A DNA stretch of 32,000 nt from Pyrodictium abyssi (lineage in GTDB: Archaea; Thermoproteota; Thermoprotei_A; Sulfolobales; Pyrodictiaceae): the NCBI RefSeq assembly GCF_036323395.1, contig NZ_AP028907.1, positions 1,980,001-2,012,000 of the forward strand, read 5' to 3'. Under the pieces are notes generated by a model, which was given only the letters and a program-made list of their open reading frames with translations, had not been told where the DNA came from and searched no databases. Below are positions 25,630 through 32,000 of the stretch, piece by piece. The position numbers were made by a program, and so were the translations under genes. Numbering within the stretch: position 1 is the stretch's first letter; every line of letters starts with the position of its first letter.

Positions 25630-27039
25630 TTGGCGCAGGATACGAGACTTGTTGAGGCACTCAGCTTCGACGACGTGGTGCTCGTCCCGAGCCTCAGCCC
25701 TGTCGAGCCATGGCAGGTTGACATAACCAGTAAGGCCTCGCGGAACGTTAGGGTCAATGTGCCGCTCCTCTCGGCGCCGATGGATACGGTTAGCGAGTGG
25801 AGACTAGCCGTAGCGCTTGCCCTCCTAGGCGGTGTAGGAGTCATACATAGGAACATGCCGGTAGAGGAGCAACGCCGCCACGTAGAGCGGGTGAAGAGTC
25901 ACCCGGTAGTAGAGCTAGCAGATGTAGCAGTATACGAGGGCGAGGAGTGCTGCCGTGTACGGGAGGCAATGAGGAGCCTGGGGCTACGCCAGCTTCCTAT
26001 AGTGGACAGCGCCGAGGCCGTCAAGGGCTACGTGGAGTTCGTGGACCTCGAGGCGTGTAGCTGCGGCACACCGGTGGCAAAGCTGGTAAAACCGGGTCCC
26101 GTCTTCGAGCTAGGCGAGGAAGGGAAAGCAGTCGATCATGTGAAACGCGGGAAGCTCGACGCAGCGGCGATGACCCTCAAGGGCAGGTTCCTGGGCACAG
26201 TGAGTGTCCACGAGGCTCTAGCAGTCTACAACCCGGCCCTCGACGAAGAGGGGAGGCTACGGGTAGCAGCAGCTGTATCACCCTTCGATGCTAAGAGGGC
26301 CGAGACGCTAGACGGTGTAGCCGACATACTCGTATCAGATGTAGCACACTTCCACAACGTAAACGTGCTCGACGCGGCAAAGAGGCTCGTGAAGAGCCTG
26401 GAGTCGGACTTTGTAGCAGGCAACCTTGGCACACGCGAAGGCGTGCTCGATACTGTGTCGAGGCTAGAGAAGGTTGACGGCCTAAGAATGGGCATAGCCG
26501 GTGGATCGATATGCACAACCAGCGGCGTCGCGGGCATAGCCGCGCCCACGCTGTTCGCGGTAATGCAGGCCCGTAGCGCCCTAGAGGAAATGGGTATCGG
26601 GCTTGACACTATACCGGTAATAGCCGATGGCGGAGTCAGAGGCCCAGGCGACGCCGTCAAGGCGCTAGCAGCAGGCGCATCGGCAGTCATGACCGGCTAC
26701 ATGTTCGCGGGCACCGATGAAGCAGCCGCGCCCCTGGTTAGGATAGGCAACAAGCTCTACAAGCCATACCGTGGCATGGCCAGCCGAGGCGCCCTTGAGA
26801 AGCGCTATGCTGCTGACCGCTACTCTAGAGTAGCTAAGCGTGTCGAGGAGGGTATAGAGGGTCTGGTAGAGTATCGTGGACGCGTACGTAGAGTTGTCCT
26901 CGAGTTCGCTGAGGGGCTAAAGGCCGGGCTAGGTTATGCCGGTGCGTCATCCATACCCGAGCTGTGGAGGAAGGCGCGTTTCGCTAGGATAACTAGCAGG
27001 ATAGGAGCCTACACGGGCGTAGTGAAGACGAGCTGGTAG
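25630..27039 (+). CDS. guaB: Inosine-5'-monophosphate dehydrogenase
   Basis: ALSFDDVVLVPSLSPVEP...VPLLSAPMDTVSEWRLAVALALLGGVGVIHRNMP...MGIAGGSICTTSGVAG...IPVIADGGVRGPGDAVKALAAGASAVMTGYMFAGTDEAA; TTG start. Confidence 0.95.
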   Translation: MAQDTRLVEALSFDDVVLVPSLSPVEPWQVDITSKASRNVRVNVPLLSAPMDTVSEWRLAVALALLGGVGVIHRNMPVEEQRRHVERVKSHPVVELADVAVYEGEECCRVREAMRSLGLRQLPIVDSAEAVKGYVEFVDLEACSCGTPVAKLVKPGPVFELGEEGKAVDHVKRGKLDAAAMTLKGRFLGTVSVHEALAVYNPALDEEGRLRVAAAVSPFDAKRAETLDGVADILVSDVAHFHNVNVLDAAKRLVKSLESDFVAGNLGTREGVLDTVSRLEKVDGLRMGIAGGSICTTSGVAGIAAPTLFAVMQARSALEEMGIGLDTIPVIADGGVRGPGDAVKALAAGASAVMTGYMFAGTDEAAAPLVRIGNKLYKPYRGMASRGALEKRYAADRYSRVAKRVEEGIEGLVEYRGRVRRVVLEFAEGLKAGLGYAGASSIPELWRKARFARITSRIGAYTGVVKTSW

Positions 27040-27110
27040 CACACATAACAGCGTGGCAGCTTTTACAAGTGCTTCTAGCTCAGCTATAGGATACTAGTGG
27101 TGGCCGCTCT

Positions 27111-27947
27111 TTGGAGATAGGGAGGAGCCTCATAGCCTCCACACGCACACTAACACTACCGCTGGCCCAGGCCGTGGAGAAGCTCTACGAGATGGGCTTC
27201 ACCAGGATAGACGTGAACTACGCGAACCTTGAACGTAGCGGCGTAGACGATCCCTCAGTCTTGACTCATTTCCGCTGGGCTCTACTAACAGCTGCAAAGA
27301 TAGGCGCTGAGCCCGTCACGCTGCATGCGCCCTGGGAGGACTACTTCCTACTACCGCTCGGCAGGGGCATAGAGCACGCCGTAGCGGAGGCCAAGCTGTT
27401 CATCGAGATGGCTTATAGCTATGGGGTCGAGGTGGTCGTATTCCATCCGTTCTCTGCGAAGCATGTAGGCTCGCATAGAGTGGAATGGCTTAACAAAAGG
27501 TTCTTCGCGATCCTAGCCGAGTATTCTGAGCGTGAGGGCTTATCGGTAATAGCGGTCGAGAACGCTGCGCGCGGCCAGCCCTGGAGAAGACTTGAGAAAC
27601 TCGCAGAACTAGTGAGGAGAATTAGCAGCCCGATGCTCCAGGTATGCTTCGATACCGGGCACGGGAACCTCAACGGGTACAGCCTCGACAGGGCAGCCAA
27701 AATACTCGAAGACGTGCCAATAGCGTGCATGCACGTGCACGACAATAATGGTGTAAGCGATGACCACTCTATACCGGGCACCGGCACCATAGACTGGAGC
27801 CGTGCCCGCTACCTACCCGAGGAAGCCCTAAGACGCATAGTAGTCGAGATAGACTGTAAAGCAGCCCATCATGTATGCGGCCTACACATAGCGGCGGCAT
27901 TTGCAGCAACACGGCGGCTTCTACTAGGACAGGCAGAGAAGCCCTAG
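27111..27947 (+). CDS. TIM-barrel sugar phosphate isomerase/epimerase family protein (AP-endonuclease-2 fold)
   Basis: VTLHAPWEDYF...VVVFHPFSAKHV...IAVENAARG...MLQVCFDTGHGNLNGY...CMHVHDNNGVSDDHSIPGTGTIDWS. Confidence 0.88.
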   Translation: MEIGRSLIASTRTLTLPLAQAVEKLYEMGFTRIDVNYANLERSGVDDPSVLTHFRWALLTAAKIGAEPVTLHAPWEDYFLLPLGRGIEHAVAEAKLFIEMAYSYGVEVVVFHPFSAKHVGSHRVEWLNKRFFAILAEYSEREGLSVIAVENAARGQPWRRLEKLAELVRRISSPMLQVCFDTGHGNLNGYSLDRAAKILEDVPIACMHVHDNNGVSDDHSIPGTGTIDWSRARYLPEEALRRIVVEIDCKAAHHVCGLHIAAAFAATRRLLLGQAEKP

Positions 27948-27960
27948 AACAAGACTTATT

Positions 27961-28848
27961 ATGCAGAGCCTCCTAGGGCACCAGCCAGCACTGGTGCTGA
28001 AGGGATGCAGGTTCCGCCTCTCTAACCTGACTGTCGCTATACTCGGCGCGGGAAAGATAGGCAGCATAATGGCCCGCTCCTTCTCTGACTGTGGCATCCA
28101 CGTGATAGCGACCGCTAGGAGCAGAGAGCGTATAGAGAAGCTACGTATGCAGGGCTTCGAAGCTACAAGCGACAACGTCTACGCCGTCGAGAAGGCCTCA
28201 GTGGTCTTCATATCAGTGAAGCCATACCAGTACCCGGCTCTCGCCTGGCAGATAGGAGGCCACGTGTCCGGCAAACCAGTAGTATCCGTGATGGCTGGTA
28301 TCCCTCTACGCGTCCTGCGGAAGACCCTCCCCGGCGCCGAGGTATACCGGGCTATGCCCAACCTTAACGCAGCTGTAAAGCGGAGTGCTACGGGGCTAGT
28401 AGCGCCCAGCAACGCGCAGTACAAAGAGCTGATCAAGAGCATTCTCTCCTGCATGGGCAGCGTCTACGAGCTACCCGAGCAGCTGATAGACGCGTGGACA
28501 GCCGTAGCCGGCTCGGGGCCAGCAATAATAGCGGAATTCATAGACTCTATGATCCTCGCAGCACTCGCTGTAGGGATCCCGCGCGACCTGGCATACGACG
28601 CGGTCCTCGAATCAATCATAGGCACAGCTGAGTATTTGCGTACGAGGCCAGTACACCCAGCTCAGTTACGTGACGAGGTTACTACGCCAGGCGGCACAAC
28701 AATAATGGCTCTAAAGATAATAGAGGGTAAAGGAATGAAGTCAGCGCTTATAGACGCTGTCGAGAAAGCCACAGCAAGAGCAAGGAAACTGGCGAGAGAG
28801 ATAGAGGAGCGCATAGAGGAACAACACGAAAACAGCGGTGCCAGCTAG
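27961..28848 (+). CDS. proC: Pyrroline-5-carboxylate reductase
   Basis: LTVAILGAGKIGSIMARSF...VVFISVKPYQYP...VVSVMAGIPLRVLRKTLPGAEVYRAMPNLNA...AVAGSGPAIIAEFIDSM...LRDEVTTPGGTTIMALK; true start may be downstream of 27961. Confidence 0.93.
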   Translation: MQSLLGHQPALVLKGCRFRLSNLTVAILGAGKIGSIMARSFSDCGIHVIATARSRERIEKLRMQGFEATSDNVYAVEKASVVFISVKPYQYPALAWQIGGHVSGKPVVSVMAGIPLRVLRKTLPGAEVYRAMPNLNAAVKRSATGLVAPSNAQYKELIKSILSCMGSVYELPEQLIDAWTAVAGSGPAIIAEFIDSMILAALAVGIPRDLAYDAVLESIIGTAEYLRTRPVHPAQLRDEVTTPGGTTIMALKIIEGKGMKSALIDAVEKATARARKLAREIEERIEEQHENSGAS

Positions 28849-28965
28849 TATCGTGGGGCTGGCGCGTTGTAGGGCTATGCCGAGCTGCTGGTCAGCCTTG
28901 AAACACCTCCCCATCCCCATGGCGGGTTAGGGTTCACGGCCCTCTTCATCCCAGGCATTCTCTCC

Positions 28966-30288
28966 CTACTCGGGCGTTATTACATACTCCTCATCCTTGT
29001 AGGCAACCACGTATATGCTAGCAAGCGTTGCAACCATCGACAGTAAGGATATGGCCTCAACTAGCAACTGTGGGCTCCTTAGAGCTATCAGCGATAACCT
29101 GGCCTCAATGTTCTCCCGCGCGTTCAACGCCACAAGCATAGCCTCCACGTACCCCTTCACGAGGAAGCCGCTCTCGTCATAGCTGCCCTCAAAGTAGAAC
29201 GGCCTAACAAACACTGGCAAGCGGTGGAACTGCGTGACGTAGACGTATACCCTAGCGTCTCTCAGCTGTGGCGCTGTAAGCGTGATGCGCTGCCCCGCTA
29301 GCTCGGGGCTGTATAGTAGACCGCTATCAGCCAGTACTTTCACAAGCACACGTCCCTCGACGGTCTCTGTGGCCTCAAGGAGCGGGACTATGACTCCTCT
29401 CGCCTCGGCTACTCCCAGGAACGCGACGTCATGGTGTATAGCCCCTACCGTAGGGCGCCACGTGATACTATAGCTTGCAAACTTCACGTTAACACTACTG
29501 GAGAACACGAATGCCGCTGTAGAGCCGACGAGGAGCATCCCTATGACTATTAGGAGCAATGCTTTGGTGGTCGGGCTTAGGCCTCGGCGGCGGTAGAACT
29601 CGGGTATGAACACTATTATCCCGAAGAGCCGGCGCGCGCTCGCGTACATCCTCATAACGGCTAGCCTTGCCCGGTCGAGGAGGAGTGGTAGTAGTGCTAT
29701 ACCCGCTATGAAGCCGCCAGCGTGAGCGAAGAACGCCACCGTGCTTGTTACGGAAAGGTACCCCTCTATCACTTGTATCGCGAACCAGAACAGCAGGTAG
29801 TATACTGCTAGCAGCTCGAAGCACACTGGGAGAAAGAGGAGGAAGAAGCATGCTGTGAGCCTTGTGCCTGGGTAAAGCATCATGTAGGCGCCGAGTACGC
29901 CGCTTATAGCTCCGCTTGCACCGACGCTGGGGATAGCAAGCCCGTTAGGATCTTGTATGGACATGAACACGGTGTGGAATAGCGCGGCGAATACTCCGCT
30001 TAGCAGGTAGAGGGCTAGGTAGCGCATGTGTCCCAGAGTCCGCTCTACTGCTCTACCGAAGAGGTAGAGGAAGTACATGTTGAACAGTATGTGGAACAGG
30101 TTGGCATGGGTGAACATAGCTGTCAGTATCTTGTAGGCCGACGCTGGCTCTAGGAGCATATAGAGTGGCTCGAACCCGAGTCTTACTATCCACTCGCTAG
30201 TGCTTGCTAGGAACCCTGTTTGCCACGATGTAACCACGTACACGGCCATGTTTACGATTATGAGCAGGTAGGTTACCCAGGGGGTCAC
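28966..30288 (-). CDS. Rhomboid-family intramembrane serine protease with large C-terminal extension
   Basis: YKILTAMFTHANLFHILFNMYFLYLFGRAVERTLGHMRYLALYLLSGVFAAL...SVGASGAISGVLGAYMMLYP...AFFAHAGGFIAGIAL. Confidence 0.92.
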   Translation of the reverse strand: MTPWVTYLLIIVNMAVYVVTSWQTGFLASTSEWIVRLGFEPLYMLLEPASAYKILTAMFTHANLFHILFNMYFLYLFGRAVERTLGHMRYLALYLLSGVFAALFHTVFMSIQDPNGLAIPSVGASGAISGVLGAYMMLYPGTRLTACFFLLFLPVCFELLAVYYLLFWFAIQVIEGYLSVTSTVAFFAHAGGFIAGIALLPLLLDRARLAVMRMYASARRLFGIIVFIPEFYRRRGLSPTTKALLLIVIGMLLVGSTAAFVFSSSVNVKFASYSITWRPTVGAIHHDVAFLGVAEARGVIVPLLEATETVEGRVLVKVLADSGLLYSPELAGQRITLTAPQLRDARVYVYVTQFHRLPVFVRPFYFEGSYDESGFLVKGYVEAMLVALNARENIEARLSLIALRSPQLLVEAISLLSMVATLASIYVVAYKDEEYVITPE

Positions 30289-30433
30289 GTAGCTAAACGC
30301 TGCCTCCTCAACCGCGAGAGGAAGCTCTCGGGTAAACCGCGGCAGACGCGGTGCTCTAACGCCGTGCAGGGCTAGGCACCTCTCCCGCTATCTCCCTCTA
30401 GATTTGGAGCCAAGGCCTTGAGTTAATAACTAG

Positions 30434-30493
30434 GGTGGTATGCTCCCCGGGCCATGCAAGAGGTGTGAAAACTAGACCACCGGAGTACACCTC
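30434..30493. other. Interleaved complementary segments with H-type pseudoknot topology
   Basis: GGTGGT 30434-30439 with ACCACC 30476-30481; GAGGTGT 30460-30466 with ACACCTC 30487-30493. Confidence 0.3.
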
Positions 30494-30637
30494 GTGACTA
30501 GCGAACCTAGGACACCCTTCTAATACCCCAAGCAGAGTATGAGTAGACTACCCGAAGGAGCGTATAGCAGCATTCGCCCGCCAAGTTGGGCCCCCATCCG
30601 TAGCCCGTGGCTGTCCTAGCTGCGAGGTGTACCCAGA

Positions 30638-32000
30638 TTGAGCGAGGTAATGGACATACTCTCCACGGCCATCTCCTACGCGTCGAGGCTAGGCGTCGAG
30701 TTTGCTGAGATAAGGCTAGAACGTACGCGCTTTGCCCGCATAGAGATACGTGATGGAGTATACAATGTCTCGTCCGGCATAGACTACGGCGCGGCGGTCA
30801 GGGTCTACGTTAACGGGTCAATGGGGTTCGCGTTCACGACGCGTATAGACACTGGATCCCTCCGCCGCGCCCTGGAGCAGGCCTACTCGCTCGCCCGCTC
30901 GGCGCCAGGCAGCCAGCCTAAACCGCTGCTCTTCGACCCAGTGGAGGACTACTACGAGCACCCGGTGAAGAAAAGCACCGAGGACGTGCCTATAGATGTG
31001 AAGCTCAAGGACCTTGCCGAGCTAGACAAACTGGTAGCCGAAAAGAACTTCGTAAAGTCTAGACTAGTAGTCTACAACGAGCGCGTCGAAGAGCGATACT
31101 ACGCAAGCACCGAGGAGAGGTTCATCGGCGAGAAGCGTGAGCTCTCCTACCTCTACGCTTCAGCCTTCGGCGAGGAGGCAGGGGTGCGCGGCTCAGCGCA
31201 CATAACCCAGGGCACAGTGAAGGGCTACACGCTGTGGGAGAAGACGCCGCAGGAGAAGATGGCGGAGGAGCTGCTCGGGAGGCTCCAGCGTCAGCTCCGC
31301 GCAAAGACGCCGAGGGCGGGGAACTTCCCAGTAGTGATAGCGCCGGAGGCCCTCGGCGTCTTCGTCCACGAGGCCTTCGGCCACCTAGCAGAGGCGGACC
31401 TTGTGGAAGCGGGTAGCGCGCTTAAGGGCAAGAAAGGGCAGCAAGTAGCCTCCAGCCTGGTAAGCATAGTAGACGACCCGGGTATCGACGATGGGTTTGG
31501 GACGCTGCGCTACGACGACGAGGGCGTACGCACAGCCAGGGCAGTCATAGTCGAGAAGGGCATACACAAGCAGATAATGACCGACAGGATTCACGCAGCG
31601 GTGCTAGGGGCAGAGCCCACTGGCAACGCTAGGGCTGAGTCCTTCCGCTACCCCCCACTCGTCAGGATGAGAAACACTGTGATGCTGCCGGGCGACCATA
31701 GCGTAGAGGAGCTCTTCGAAGGCGTAGAGTTCGGGTACTACATAGTCTCGACAGCAGGCGGCCAGACCAATATAGACGGTAACTTCCAGGTCGGCGTCGA
31801 GGAGGCCTACGAGATAGTCAAGGGAGAGATAGGCGAGCCAGTACGCAACCTTAGCATAGTAGGCAATACTCTGGAGACTCTCCTCAACATAGATGCCGTG
31901 GCTAAGGACTTCGGCCTATTCTACGGCAGGTGTGGCAAGGGCCAGCTAGTCTACGTGTCTGACGGTGGCCCCCACGTGAGAGTACGCAGGATGACGGTTG
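30638..32000 (+). CDS. tldD: TldD/PmbA-family metalloprotease, TldD-like (C-terminus beyond right edge; not in ORF track)
   Basis: MDILSTAISYASRLGVEFAEIRLERTRFARIEIRDGVYNVSSGIDYGAAVRVYVNGSMGFAFTT...VFVHEAFGHLAEADLVEAGSALKGKKGQQVASSLVSIVDDPG...GRCGKGQLVYVSDGGPHVRV; HExxxH motif; start TTG 30638 or ATG 30650. Confidence 0.94.
   Translation, partial: MSEVMDILSTAISYASRLGVEFAEIRLERTRFARIEIRDGVYNVSSGIDYGAAVRVYVNGSMGFAFTTRIDTGSLRRALEQAYSLARSAPGSQPKPLLFDPVEDYYEHPVKKSTEDVPIDVKLKDLAELDKLVAEKNFVKSRLVVYNERVEERYYASTEERFIGEKRELSYLYASAFGEEAGVRGSAHITQGTVKGYTLWEKTPQEKMAEELLGRLQRQLRAKTPRAGNFPVVIAPEALGVFVHEAFGHLAEADLVEAGSALKGKKGQQVASSLVSIVDDPGIDDGFGTLRYDDEGVRTARAVIVEKGIHKQIMTDRIHAAVLGAEPTGNARAESFRYPPLVRMRNTVMLPGDHSVEELFEGVEFGYYIVSTAGGQTNIDGNFQVGVEEAYEIVKGEIGEPVRNLSIVGNTLETLLNIDAVAKDFGLFYGRCGKGQLVYVSDGGPHVRVRRMTV

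Noticed and set aside
22028-25856. Many further small ORFs in the aminotransferase, guaA and guaB regions
   Set aside because: All lie antisense or out of frame within confidently identified conserved genes.
29495-29851. 118-aa plus ORF and similar ones at 31122-31594
   Set aside because: Antisense or alternate-frame translations inside the rhomboid and TldD genes; Arg/Pro-rich.
30300-30400. tRNA-like fragment on the minus strand (TTAGAGC-ACCGC-GTCTGCC-GCGGT)
   Set aside because: The putative anticodon loop lacks normal flanking bases, and no T arm (GGTTCRA) or matching acceptor stem is present.
1-32000. CRISPR arrays, transposons, integrase sites, rRNA or tRNA genes
   Set aside because: No regularly spaced repeats, IS-type genes or T-loop motifs were seen on either strand by eye; a tool scan (tRNAscan-SE, CRISPRFinder, Infernal) would be decisive.

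Overview
The window is typical of a hyperthermophilic crenarchaeon, probably Pyrodictiaceae/Hyperthermus-like. That placement is inferred from protein style and gene order, not from a search. The left 12 kb is a dense information-processing block: aIF5B/IF-2 (partial, minus strand), then on the plus strand eS6, aIF2-gamma, PIN protein, Rpo7, Spt4, a 42-aa ORF not in the supplied track, DUF359 dephospho-CoA kinase, eS24, eS27A, Kae1, Bud32, RdgB-type XTPase, uS15, a DHH-like protein with altered active site, KEOPS Pcc1, eS1 (S3Ae) and a THUMP protein. The remainder holds a metallophosphoesterase, several small unknown or zinc-ribbon proteins, ATP-dependent DNA ligase, a CPA2 antiporter with CBS domains, a DUF2299-like protein, a single-domain KaiC-like ATPase, a membrane protein, a Cas4-like protein lacking the expected catalytic residues but keeping four cysteines, an aminotransferase, an MDR dehydrogenase, divergent guaA/guaB, a TIM-barrel isomerase, ProC, rhomboid with a large C-terminal extension, and TldD (partial, running off the right edge). 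I recognised no tRNA, rRNA, CRISPR array, transposon or intein. No clearly new multi-gene system is visible. The best second-look items are: guaA whose conserved N-terminus is reachable only by a non-ATG/GTG/TTG start (CTG); the doubly overlapping 42-aa ORF at 4228-4356; the degenerate Cas4-like and DHH-like proteins; hairpin-rich leaders of eS6 and uS15 that may mask their ribosome-binding sites; two promoter-region palindromes sharing a CCTTC/GAAGG core; and the structured intergenic elements at 16769-16834, 20396-20426 and 30434-30493.
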